Assembly (NCBI RefSeq): GCF_016433145.1
Contig: NC_058130.1
Coordinates: 679,760,621-679,824,620, forward strand
DNA from: Gracilinanus agilis
Lineage: Eukaryota
Direction: 5' to 3'
Length of the DNA stretch: 64,000 nucleotides
Part shown: positions 49,761 through 63,079 of the stretch, piece by piece
How positions within the stretch are numbered: the stretch's first letter is position 1
Layout of the letters: every line of letters starts with the position of its first letter
Program-made: the position numbers and the translations under genes
Notes under the pieces: model-generated
The model's database searches: none
Told to the model about the DNA's origin: nothing
What the model saw: the letters and a program-made list of their open reading frames with translations, nothing else

Positions 49761-51659
49761 TGCTGGGGTTTTTTGTAAACCCTTACCATCTGTCTTAGTA
49801 TTAATAATTAATACTAGTATTAATACTGAGACAGAAGAACAGCAAGAGCTAGGCAATCGAGGCTCAGTGACTTGCTCAGGGTCACACAGCTAGGAAGTAT
49901 CTAGGGCCAGATTTGAACTCAGGTCTTCCTGATTCCAGGCCTGGCTCTCTATCCACTGTGCTACCTAGCTACTCCAATCCCTCTGATCTGGCCACTATTC
50001 TAGCACAGTTCCCCATCACTCTCACTATTTTTTTTACTATGGAAATAGCCTTATAATTGGTCTTCCTCTGAATTAAACAATAAATAAACATTTTTTAAGT
50101 TGTGCCAGGTTACAAAAAGAAACAAAAGACAGACCCTGCCCTCAAGGAGCTTGCAAGATCAAATATAAAATCCTCTTTGGGGCACTTACAACTCCCTTCC
50201 ATTCCAGGACTCACTCCCTTTACTTTCCTCCAAAATTCTATAATCCAGCTATATGGACCTATTTGCCATTCTGCTTTCCAAACATTACATCAACCGTCTT
50301 TACTCAGCCTGTCTGCCCTCATGCCTCAAATGCTCTCCTTCCTCTCCTCCTCCTTCCACCCTTCCAGCAGTTGCCTGAAATCTCACCTTTCACAGAAGTC
50401 CTTTCCAGGCTCCCTTCTATCCCCAGCTACCAGTGTCTTCCCTCAGAAATTATCTCTGTAAGCCTGGGAGATCTTGTATGTACACAGCTGTTTAGATGCT
50501 GTCTCCCCAGTAAGAGTACGAGCATCCTGAAGGCAAGGACCATATTTTTTTCTTTCTTCCTATCTCCAGTGCTTAGCATAGTGCCTACCTTAGTATATAG
50601 TAATCATTTTTGACTGGTACATCCTTTTAACAGTCTGTAAAACAGGCAGTACAAACAGGAAAGTGAGGCAGAGCCAGAATTCAAAATTAGGTCTCTAAAA
50701 TGCCTTCAAGTTCATGCACTCAAGTGTTATTAAATGTCTCAGCCCAAGCCACACTGTCAGCTCTGGATTCTTATTAAATTGCCTAGCTAATATGATTTAA
50801 ATAGTTATTGTCTAATATTTCACCAAAAATAAAAAATTGTAAAATAGCAAGTCAGATACTGTTATCAAATGAGATAACATTCAAGGGACAGAAAGGTGCC
50901 TCAGTGGGTAGAGTGCCAGGCCTGTGGACAGGAGGTCTTGGGTTCAAATCTGGCCTCAGACACTTCCTAGCTATGTGGCCCTAAACAGATCACTTTATCC
51001 CAGTTGTCTAGCCCTTCCCCCTCTTCTGTCCTAGAACTTATATTCAGTATCAATTCTAAGACAGAAAGTAAAGGTTAAAATTTTTTTTGAAAACGGAAAT
51101 AGAAAAATATTTTATCTTATGTACATTTATATATTTATTATATTCGTTCTATTTATATGTATTTACATTTATTTATTTATATTTCACTTTTTTCTTTGTA
51201 TGCAAGTGCTCAGTCTGGCATGTTATAGGTGCTTAATAAATGTTTATTGAATTGCACTACATAATTCATGGGGTTGCTTTAAGGAAAATGTAATTTACAG
51301 AAATATGAAATATTTCTCTTTTACAGATGAAATAGGCTCTGAAAAAAGAGGACTTGCATTTTTATTCTTTCAGTATCATTAACAATAACACAGTGAATGA
51401 ATTTGGAAACATCCTTGCCTTTTCCAATTCAGACTTCCCTAATTAAAATTAAGGATTTGTACTTGTTCAGGGTCTATAAACCCAGACTACTCAATGAAAA
51501 TGTGCTTTAAAGAAAATAGATTAAGTGTGAGTAGAGACCGGCTAATATAATCTCAGAGGAAATGATTGGAGCTCTTCAACTGAGATTTGCTTAACCCTTG
51601 CTGAGGGTAAATACAGAGGACCAGTGAGTATATGTTAGGTCTCTCTATTTCCAGAGGCA

Positions 51660-52510
51660 AGTCAATGAATCAGTTGGCATTTATTAAGCTCCTACTGCAT
51701 GCCAGATGCTGTGCAAAGTTCTAGGCATACCTGTCCCTTTAAAAAAAGGCAAAAGACAGTCCCCATCCTCAAGAAGCTCACACTAAAGGGGGATTCCCCA
51801 AGGAAACAATGACATCCAAGCTATATACTTAATAAATTGGAGACAATCAAAAGAAAGAAGGCGCTGATTTTAAGGGCTTTAGGGAAGGGCTTTTTTTTGG
51901 TAGAAAACGAGATTTTAACCGAAACCCAAAGGAAGACTGAGAAGCCAGGAGGCAGAGATGAGGAGTGAGAAAATTCCAGGCATCTGGGACAGCCAGTGAT
52001 AAATACTCTGAGTAGGGAAAGGTAGTGTTTTGCACCAGGAAAAGCAGACACCAAAATTACTGGATTGCAGAGTATGTAGGAGGTAGGAATAAGTATGATG
52101 TAAGAAGCCTAGAAAAGGTGGGAGAGGGTCAAGTTATCAAGAGCTTTAAACTCAAACAGAGAGAATTTTAAAATTGATCCTAGAGATGATATAAAGCCAC
52201 TGGAGTTTAATGAATTGAGGGATGCCATGGTCAGACCTGAGCTTTCTGAAGATCACTTTGATAGCTGAGTAAAGAATGGACTGGAGTAGAGAAAGACTTA
52301 TGGTTGGGAGACCAACCAGCAGGCTAATACAATAGTTGAGGAGGAAAGTGATGAGGGTCTTCATGCATTAGGTTGGTGGTAGCATTAGAGGAGAGAAAGG
52401 GGCATATATGAGAGATGTTGTGAAGGTAGAATCAACAGGCTTTGGCAACAAACTGAAAATAGGAGTGGAAGGTCAAAGATTACATCTGGGTTGTAAGCCT
52501 GGGTAAATAG
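51660..52510 (-). mobile_element. Long L2 3' fragment
   Basis: Antisense L2 3' end (gcatttattaagctcctactg) through ORF2 (ggtcagacctgagctttctgaagatcactttg). Confidence 0.8.
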
Positions 52511-52559
52511 GAGTAAAATTTATGAGACAAACATTAAGACCTGAAGAATTAATCTGACT

Positions 52560-53800
52560 TGCTTGAAAGACCTACAGTAAGAGGGAAATCCCCACCTCTC
52601 CATGTAACCCATGGGCTCCACTATAAGAGAGCTCTAATTGTTAGGAAATTGTTCCGGACATCAAGTCCAAATCAGTCTCTTTGCAACTTCTAACCATTGT
52701 TCCTAGCTCTGCCTCCTGCTCAAGCAATGCAAATCCCATCTTTCCATTTAAATTCTTCCATTCCCAGCTTTTTGAATACTTAAACACAGCTATCCTATTC
52801 CTCCATCTTCTCTTCTCTAGGTAAAATATCCCCAATTCCTCTGATCAATCTTTATATGGCATGGTTCATCTCAAAGACCCTCACCCTCCTCATTACCCTT
52901 ATCTAGATCATTTCCAATCAGTCAATACTGTAGGAAAATATAAGTAATGGGGTCACCAGGGATATTAAAAATCAACTATGGAGTTTGTGGGAACACTCTC
53001 TGGGATGTAAGAGAGACTAAAACTGAACACTGAAGTCTTGTACAGCTACACCACCCCCAACTGAAAAAATAACAGCCAACTGTCATAACAATACCCTTCC
53101 TAAAAGAAGGCACCCAGAACTGCATACGATACTCAATGAATCACAGAATTTTGGAGTTTGAAGGAACCCCATTAGACTCTAGTTCATATACTCCAGATGT
53201 GATTAGATCAAAGCAGAAGACAAGACTATCAGCTTCAATGCTCTGGAAATCATGTCTCTCCTAATATATCCTGGGATCATATTCATATTGTACATATTGA
53301 GTTTGCAATCCACAGAAGACCCCAAATCTTTTTCAGATGAATTGCTGTCTAACTGAGTCTCCTCTGTCTTGTAGTTGCTTTAAAAACATGTTAAACCCTA
53401 AATGTACGATCTTAACATTTTTCTCTATGAAGTTTCATTTTATGAGATTCAGCCCAGCATCTTAGACTCTCAAGTCTTTTTTGGATACTGATTCTCTCAT
53501 TCAAATGTGTTAGTTATATGTCTCTCAGTTCTGCCAATGTACAATCTTGCCATTTAAGCCTTTCCTATCACTGGTACAAATGTTAAATGGCACAGGCATC
53601 AGATCCCTGAGGCATCCCTTGGTGTCCTACTTCCATGTGGTTATCAAGCCCTTGATTAGTTCTGAGTCCAGTCATTCAACTGGTTCCAAATTCCCCAATG
53701 CAGGTACTCTTATTTAGTCCATTCTATGCCTCTTTCGTCTTGTCCATGAGGAGAGTACTCGTGTCAAAAGTCTGGCTGAAATCTAAGGCAATCTCTCTTA
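52560..53800 (-). mobile_element. L3/CR1 fragments
   Basis: ctctaattgttaggaaattgttcc...ccattgttcctagctctgcc; ccagaactgcatacgatactc; gcacaggcatcagatccctgaggcatccc (antisense CR1 RT). Confidence 0.8.
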
Positions 53801-55863
53801 AACTGAGCTTATCATAACCCTTTGCAAGACATCATAGAATCATAGATTTAGATCTTGATGAGACTTTAGAAGTCACTCAACCCCCTCATTTTATAGATGA
53901 GGAAACTGAGGCCCAGAGTGTAAGTAGCTTGGTTAACTACTAAGTGCTGTCACATAGCACTCATGTCTTCCCGACTCCAAGTCCAGCCTGCCCCTCTCTA
54001 CATTATGCCACATGGCTGCCTCAAATTCTGTCTTCATTGACCAGAAATCAAACCCAGATCAACTGTTTGTAAGGCAGCTGTGCTAATCACTGTCCCACCA
54101 ATGCTTTTCAGAAAATGCCATGTTCTTAATCTAAGAGTAGTGGCTTTGCCAAAAAAAAAGGACGGGACCTTGGCCTGTCCTAACCTGGGCTTGACGAAGT
54201 CATGCCATATCTTTTTATCATCATTTTTCAACTGTTCTAAATTTCTTGAAACCTAAGCTTAGTGAATTACAGTGGCACACTTAGGATTTTCTTCTCTTGA
54301 ATAAAACTTTGCATAATATAAAAATAGTGAAAGAATGTTGGCTGATGAGGAATACCCTCCCTGGGAGAACCAGTCCTGGGTAGTGGACAGAATACTGGAT
54401 CTGGAAGGGAGAAAACTGAATCCAAATCTCAGCCTGATCAAATTTCACTAGCTGTATGACTAAGAAATGGCCTTAATTCCTCTGAGTCTATTTCTCCTCT
54501 GTATAATGGGGATGATACTACTTATACCACCAACCTCATGAGATTGTGATGAAGTAAGTACTTCAGCAACCTGACAGCTCTGCAGAAAAGTGAACCATTG
54601 CTACTTATCATTGTGCCTCATTACAGCTGTCAGTGAGCCTCTACAGTTTAAGGGAGAATGAGATTTATAATATTATTGGAACTAAAACTGGAGGGGACCT
54701 TTTCAGTTACTCTCCCTGATTTTATTTCTTTATATCTTTATCCACCAACAATGGGTGGTTGACTTAGAATACGTCTGGGGTTTCTCCAATGCTGATGTTC
54801 TAAGCTTCCCTAAGATCTGATGTCTCATAAGCTACATTCTCTGCATCTCTCACATGCCCCATCTATAGGTTTTTTTTTTACTCTGGAGGCAGGGCCGTTT
54901 CCTGAATATTTAGCCTGATTTATCCTATTCTCCAGCTTTGGATTCTTTCTTATCTGAGAGTCATGCAATATTCACACTAACTTTTCTCATGGTCCAGATG
55001 TCACCCCCAAAACCACCAATCCCAAGAGGCAGTAGCTAGAACTGAAGCAAGTGGTGCCTGGCCAAGGAGTTTCTTGCTAGATCCTGGCAATGCCTGTGAG
55101 TGCTTAGAAGAAAGCCTTTCTGGTCCTTGGGAAAGAGCAGGGATGAAGGAGGCAGCCTGGTCTGATCTTCAGATGAGCCAGAGGATGCCTGTGAATGTAG
55201 AGCCAAGAATATGGAGGCGGAAATCTGGGTAGTAAAAGATAAAGGAGAGTCAGGGGACTCAGACAGGGATGTGGATGACTTATCAAAGATCAGAAGGAAC
55301 AAATGAGTATATGAAGATAGGGACTGGCCTTAATGAAGCCTTAATGAACAAGTTCCCACAATTAACAATGCAAGGGTTACCAGTGGGGCCCTAAAGAGCC
55401 AAAACAATCAATGTCTTTGATTAAGTGCTGATGAAACTCTTCATCAGCTCTTTAATCTGTGTCTCCCTGGGGTGTTTGGCTTTGCAAGTGTTTTCAAAGA
55501 AAACATTTTTGAATATACATTATTTCTCAAAGCACCAACCAGAAAGTTTGGCTCTCCTACCCGGCTCTCTCAGGCTTCAGAGCATTTAATAATTTCCCAG
55601 ATGAGACAATATAAGAGACAATGGTAACTTCAAGGACTCTCAGCATATCCACTCTTGGCTCTTTTCTGCAGACCTATAGTATCATAAAATCACTGAGCTG
55701 GATAAACTCTTAGCAGAGAAACAAAGAACACTAAGCATTAGAACACAGAATGGTAGAAAATAGAATGTTTAGGGCTGAAAGTGACTCTAAAGATTCATTC
55801 ATTCAACATTCAACATTCTTTAATTAAAGGCCTGCTATATATATGTTATCACTAGATGGAGAA

Positions 55864-56084
55864 NNNNNNNNNNNNNNNNNNNNNNNNNNNNNNNNNNNNN
55901 NNNNNNNNNNNNNNNNNNNNNNNNNNNNNNNNNNNNNNNNNNNNNNNNNNNNNNNNNNNNNNNNNNNNNNNNNNNNNNNNNNNNNNNNNNNNNNNNNNNN
56001 NNNNNNNNNNNNNNNNNNNNNNNNNNNNNNNNNNNNNNNNNNNNNNNNNNNNNNNNNNNNNNNNNNNNNNNNNNNNNNNNNNNN
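55864..56084. other. Assembly gap (N run) flanked by GA-rich sequence
   Basis: Directly visible; flanks suggest an unresolved purine-rich microsatellite. Confidence 1.
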
Positions 56085-57404
56085 GGAGAGAGAAAAAGGG
56101 CAGGAGGGAGGGAAGGAAGGCTTGCTTGTTCCAGACTAGATTAGAGAAACAGTTTGACATGGTGGGAGATGCACTAATTGGAGTAAGGAGGCATTGGGTT
56201 TAAGTCTCAGCTCTGTCACTTTTTACCTTTCATGCCATTCTCTCTATTCAAGATGCATAAAAAGAAATTATAAAGAGAAACAAGCAAGACATAGTTATAT
56301 ATACATATATGTAAATATACACATATATCTTTCTGTTAAACAAAGCATTCTCTAGCATGGGGAGGAGAAGGCAGGGAGGGAGTTACCTGGGAATCTCAAT
56401 GTAACAAATAAATAAATAATTTTTAAAATGTTTTTGAATAATGTTTAATAAAAGGGTAGAGTAACATGGTTTACTCTCAGCAACCTCTGAGTAAGGTAGG
56501 GAAGGTATTATTATCCCCATTTTACAGACTAAGGAGGTAAAATACCTTTCAAGATCACAGAATTCAATTTAGCAATTCAAACTGATTCAACCCTCTTGTT
56601 TTATCTTGTTTATCATATGAAACACAGGATTGCAGGAGGTAAGGATCCAGTTATGGAAAGCAGAGGGCCAGCCTACAAGGCAGAAGAACATAAATTCAAG
56701 TCCCATGTCTAAAACATACTGACTGTGTGACCTTGGTTAAATCACTTGGACTCTCAATGCTCCAGACAACTCTCTAAGACTAAAAGTCATAGAAGAGGTG
56801 TAGAAGTGCATGAGTGGAGGAAGGGAGGTCTCACACCACTGAAATCACTGGTCCAGACACAGGCACAAATATGCATACTCATATTCTTTATCTTGTCTTT
56901 GGAGGGCTCAGAATATTTTTCATCCCCTACAAGATTATACATTTTCTGAGGGCAGAGGTAGTATATGTGGCTTTCCCTAACTGGATCCTTAGCTCCTGCA
57001 ATCCTGTGTTGCATGTGATAAACAATATAAAACAAGAGGGTTGAATCAGTTTGAATTGCTGAATTGAATTCTGTGATCTTGAAAGGTTTTTTACCTCCTT
57101 AGTCTGTAAAATGGGGATAATAATACCTTCCCTACCTTACTCAGAGGTAGCTGAGAATGAATCAGATAATATGCCTAGCTCTGTGCTTTACAAAAGAAAG
57201 GTGTTATTATATGAAAGTGTTTTGTATACTGTAAAGAGCTATGTAAATTGAGCTATTAAGTGATTATCATCTTAACTCTAGACTTTGGAGTAGCTTCTGC
57301 AAGTCTCTTCAACAGGGATTTAGTTCTTGGATCAAATCAGTGATTTCATTGATATAAAGCAATACAAATTGGCCCCTGCCCTGCATATTCTTTTTTTTTT
57401 TTAA

Positions 57405-57577
57405 TCCCTACTTTCTGTTCTAGTAACAACTCTAGGACAGAAGGATAAGGACTAGGCAAATGGGGTTAAGTGACTTGCCCAGGTTCACACAGCTGGGATG
57501 CATTTGAGGCCACATTGAAACTAGGTCCTCCCAATTCCAAGCCTGGCATTCTATCTATTATGCCACCTACCTGCCCC
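57405..57577 (-). mobile_element. Opossum-type SINE
   Basis: Poly-T tail, then ccctactttctgttctag...ggggttaagtgacttgccc...cacctacctgcccc. Confidence 0.85.
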
Positions 57578-60500
57578 TATAAATGGCTACATGCCACAGA
57601 GGAGGTGGCAATACCTTAACTGTATGAGTGTCGTAAAGGCCACTAAGATATATATCCCTATCAAGGGGAGTGCTAATGTTTTCTCCTTTCATACAACACT
57701 CTGAACCCTAAATAACTGATGTGATTTGTCCTGGGCCACACAGCTAGATTTATGTCAGAGGAAGGATCATAGATTTAGAACTGGAAGGAACCTGAGAGAC
57801 TTTCTTACTCCAACATTTCTCATTTTATAGATGAGGAACTGAGGCCCAAAGAGCTTGGTAAGGGACTTGCCAAAGGTCACACAGATAATAAGTAGAGGAG
57901 CTAGAATTTGAATCCATGTCTTCTTAACTCCAAATGCCACTCTTTCCTCTGACGCCAACTTTCTGTCCACTACACCTCACTACTTAATAACAGAAGTTAA
58001 AAAAAAAGAGAGAAGACAATAAAAATAAATGTTGGCTGGATCCAAATTACTCACCATTAAACTACTGGGAACATAACCCAAAGCTTGGGTCTTAGCAGAA
58101 GCAGGTCAAGAGCCAATTCTTTCCTTATTAGGGATGACAGATTTTAATCCCTTACTTTATGCAACTCATAACTATTAAATAAACCATAGAATCATGGAAT
58201 CCTGCTGCTGCTGGAAGGGAACTTAGAGGTCATCCCACCTAGGTTGCTTATTTTGCAGGTGACAAAACTAAGACCTAGAGATGGGAAATGATACATTCTA
58301 ATGCCTAATGTTGCTAATAAGTGGCAGAATTGAGTCTAGAACCCAAGACTTCCCATCTCCAAGCCTGGTTCTCTGGCCACTGAACCATCTAGCTGCCCCT
58401 GTGTCATCGGTTTTTTCAAAACTCTTTGTTACATGGAAATTTCACAAGATAGGGGAGGGATATATCAATATGATATGAATATATTAATGTATTAGAAATT
58501 GAAAAGATATGAAATTATAAAATATAAAAAAATTAATTTCATTTGTTTCCTATACTAGAAGGGAATGTTGGGTATATAACAAAGATTCATTTTAATTAAT
58601 GAGACTCTCTCCTAAGTTTCTAATTCTCAGAACCAATTTATCCATTCAACAGCCATTTATTAAATACCAGCTATAAGCCAGCCACTCCCTTGGGCGCTGG
58701 CTTTCTCTAGGCATAAAAGACACTCCTTCCTAACCTCTATTCCTTAGAATCCCTGCTTTCCTTCAAAGATCAGCTCAAACACTATCTTACTCATGAGGTC
58801 TGAATCAAATAGAGGCTAGTACAGCCTCCTTCCCCATCAAAGTACCTTACATTTAGTTTGCATCTACATATATATATATATATATTCTCCCAAAAGAATG
58901 TAACTTCCCCAGTGGCAGGGCCTATTTTAATTTTGTCTTTTTCTATTCCTCCCCTGGCACATAGCAGGGACTTACTAAGTGTTTATTGACTAATTAATTG
59001 GTGTAGGATTTCAACCCAGGTCTTCCTGACTCCCAAATCCTATTTATTCAGCCTCATGGGAAGCCTGGAACCCTACAGTAGGATCAGTTCCAAAGAACTA
59101 AAGCTGAAAACCACCCAAAGGACAATAAAAAGGCATAAGGAGGGCATGAGTGGACTGCAACACATTACAAATGAGAATTTATTATGGAAAAAAAAAGCAA
59201 GAAAAGGGATGTTACAGATATGTAAAACTAGGGACAACCAGGTAGATCAGTGGTTAGAGTTTCAGACTTGGCATCAAGAGAACCTGGGCTCAAATCTGGT
59301 CTCAGACACTTCTGAGCTGTGTGACCCTGGCCAAGTCACTTAACCCCAATTGTTCTGCCTTGGAACTGAGACTTAGTATAGATTCCAAGAGAGAGACGGT
59401 AAGAGTTTAAAACATATATAAATATAACTGACAAAAGACAATAGGTCTTCCATATAACAAGAGTAAGGAATGCCTGATGGCCCTGCTGCTGCTCATAAAA
59501 TCAGAACTTAAGGAGTGACTCATACGTTGGGTGAACCCCTATAATGAAATGAAGGGAAGTTTTGGACAAAGAATCCCATACAACAAGCATTGGTGGACTG
59601 TGATCTGGTCTATAATGACACAAGGAACATGAAAAGAGGATATAAGGAAGGTCCAGAAGGGCGGGAACGAATTCATTTTTGTCTTATGTTCTCAGTGACT
59701 AAAACATTGCCTGTATTTTGTTGTTCAGTTGTTTTTCGGTCGTGTCTGACGCTTCTTGCCCATTTTGTGAGGTTTTCTTGGCAAACATACTAGAGTGGTT
59801 TATCATTTCCTTACTTAGCTCATTTTGCAGATGAGTAAACTGAGGCAGAGTGAAGTGACTTGCCCAGGGTCATACGGTCAGTAAGTAAATCTGAGGCCAG
59901 ATTTGACCCAGGAAGAGGAGAGTCTCCCTAACTCCAGACCCAGAACTCTATCCACTGCATGACCCAGGCTGCCCAAATTTATTTATGCCTGTACATAGCG
60001 AGCACTTAATAAGTACTTGCTGAATGAATGAATTGATGAGATCATTTGGTGTTTGAGCTGATACAGAATATTTATTTGTAGAGAAATTCTCAATCACCTT
60101 CAAACCATGGACCATAAGATATAAATGAGAGAATGTTAGAATTGGAAAAAAAAAAACTTGGAGCATTGAATATTAGAGACAGAAGGGATTTTTGTGGTCA
60201 TCCAGTCCAGTTCTCTCCATTCTCCCACTTTTAGAGACAGAGAGAAAAGATTCATGCAAATACCTTTCCCCCATGCTAAACACTATATAGAGAGAAAATT
60301 TCAAGGCTGGGTTGAGAAACCATTGATTCTGATTTTGTTTTAAAACACTTAATGAACAAAGGAGAGGGGAACCAACATTTAGTTAATATACAATGGCTTA
60401 CAACAGCAGAAGAGGGAACACATTGCAAAAACTTTACTTAACCAGAGAAAAGGCAAGTGAAAAAAATATATCATTGAACATTAATGAACCTTCTTGGAAT

Positions 60501-61699
60501 CAGACAGTGTCAGGGTAGGAAGTGACTTAAGAAGTTTAGAGACCATCTAGAAGATACAGGAACTCAAAATTCCCTGTAAAATATCCCCAAAGAAGGGTCA
60601 CATAGCCTCTTCTAGAAGGCCTCTAGTGATAAAGAACTTAATCCATCCCAGACCAACCCATTCCACTTTCAGGCAACTCTAATTGTCAGGTCCCACCTCT
60701 CTCTCCCCATCCCAGTCCATCCTCCACTCGATGATCAAACTAGATCTTAAAGCACAAGTCTTAGCATGTCACCCCCTCATTCAGTAATCTCCAGTTGCTC
60801 ACTATTACTCTTCACTCAAATATATAAAACCCTAATTAGCTTTTAAAGCCCTTCATATCCCGGACACTTCCTAACTTTTTTAAGCTTTTTACAACCTTTT
60901 CTAGACTTTTTAATCTTTATTCCCTTATACTCTGCTGTTCCTCACAAAAGCCATTTCTTCCCTCCACTTTTGGCATTTTCACTAATTGTCTTCCCTTCCT
61001 TGAATTTTCTCTCTTATCTCTGCCTCCTGGGTCCCCTAGATTCTTTCAGGTACCAGCTAAAATTTCAACCTTTTACAAAAAGCCTTCCTGATCATCCTTA
61101 ATTCTTGTACCTTCTCTGAGATCATCTCCAATTTGTCCTGTCTATATCTGGTTTGTTCACAGTTGTCTCCCTCATTTGAATGTAAATTCCTTCAGAACAG
61201 GGACTGTTTTTTGTTTGTGTTGTGTTTTGCTTTGTCTTTCTTTGTAGCTCCAGCTAAATATTTATATTTCTTGCCCTTGGTACTTGACTTTCATCAAATC
61301 AAAATCTGCCTTCCTGAAACTTACATTCATTCCTTCTAGTTCTGTTATCTGTAACCTTGGGAAAGAATTCCAATCCCTCTTCCACTTGAGAAACTTTCAG
61401 GTATTTGAAAATAGCAATATGCCCCTCCCTGCCTTGCCCTGCCCCTTAAGTGTTTTCTTCTCCAGGCTAAACATCCCAGTTCTACACTCTAGTCTCAAAT
61501 GGCATGGTGTCTGTATTTTTTCTCCTTGCATACCTTTCTTCCAACTCATCTCTGTCCTTACTAAAATGTGGCTCATAAAACAGAAAACAAACCTCTAGAT
61601 ATGGTCTGAGCAGGACAAAGAAAAGGGGAAATATCAATTCCCTCACCTCCCTTGTTCTAGACCAGAGATGTCAAACACACAACACTGTCCAAATCAGTT

Positions 61700-62900
61700 C
61701 AAATGGAATTGGGTATTGTACCATGATCAACTGTGAAAACTTGGCTACTCTCAGCAATGCAGTAATCTGAGACAATTCTAAAAGACTTATGATGGCAAAT
61801 CAAAACAACTCTGAGGTACCACCTCACACCGAGCAGATTGGCTAACATGACAGCAAAGGAAAGTAATGAATGTTGGAGGGGATGTGGCAAAATTGGGACA
61901 TTAATGCACTGCTGGTGGAGTTGTGAATTGATCTGACCATTCTCGAGGGCAATTTGGAACTATGCTCAAAGGGCTTTAAAAGACTGCCTGTCCTTTGATA
62001 CAACCATACCAGTGCTGAATTTGTACCCCAAAGAGATAATAGGAAAAAAGACATATACAAAAATATTCATAGCCGTGCTCTTTGTGGTGGCAAAAAATTG
62101 GAAAATGAGGGGATGCCCTTTGATTGGGGAATGGGTGAACAAATTGTGGTATCTTTTGGCGTTGGAATACTATTGTGCTCAAAGGAATAATGAACTGGAG
62201 GAATTCCATGTGAACTGGAAAGAATTCCAGGAATTGATGCAGAGCAAAAGGAGCAGAGCCAGAAGAACAATGTGGCACAATGGAAAGTAATGGACTTCTC
62301 TACTAGCAGCAATGCAATGACCCAGGACAATTCTGAGGGACTTATTAGAAAGGAAACTATCCACATCCAGAGAAAGAACTGTGGGAACAGAAAAACAGAA
62401 GAAAAACCACTGCTTGATCTCCTGGGTTGATGGGGATATGATTGGGGATATTGATTCTAAATGACCACCCCAGTGCAAATATCAATAATACAGAAATAGG
62501 TCTTGATCAATGACACATGTAAAAACCAGTGGAACTGCGTGTTGGCTATGGGAGAGGGGTGGGAGGAGGGGAGGTAAAGAACATGAATCATGGAACCATA
62601 GAAAATTTTTCATAATTAATCAATGAAATAAAAATTAAATTAAAAAAAATAAAATAAAAAGACTTACGACAGAATGCTAGCCACCTCCAGGGGAAAAGCT
62701 ATTGGAGTCAGATGCAGATCAAAGCATACTATCTTTCACATCAGTGTATTTACAATTTTCTTTTGGGGATTTGATTTTATATGAATGTTCTTACAACAAT
62801 GACGAATATGGCAGTGTGTTTTATGATAATAAAAATAAAAATAAATAAATGAAATGTAACTGGGAACTAGTGAGTAAAATAAATAAAAATAAAATAGAAC
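61700..62900 (+). mobile_element. Older L1 3'UTR hosting the nested L1
   Basis: gatcaactgtg...gacaattctaaaagactta on the left resumes as gacttacgacagaatgctagccacctccag on the right. Confidence 0.8.
61793..62656 (+). mobile_element. 5'-truncated opossum L1 (ORF2 C-terminus + 3'UTR) nested in an older L1
   Basis: Translates TTLRYHLTPSRLANMTAKESNECWRGCGKIGTLMHCWWSC (L1 ORF2 cysteine-rich motif), with a stop soon after; TSD aaaagacttatga (61780-61792) / aaaagacttacga (62657-62669). Confidence 0.93.
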
Positions 62901-63079
62901 ATAGAGAATTTTAATTTGTGGTTTTCTAAGTCATCTTGTGATGGCAGTGATACATTAGTAGGTTTAGTGGCCTCTGATTTCTATTTCAGTTTGACACCAC
63001 TGCTCCACATTCTATGCTTTTCTTAATGCAATCTAAGAAGTAGTTGCTTTTTTGGAAGCCACAAGCTCACCAGAGACTC

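Noticed and set aside
49281-56203. ORFs containing long X runs
   Set aside because: Artefacts of translating through the two N gaps.
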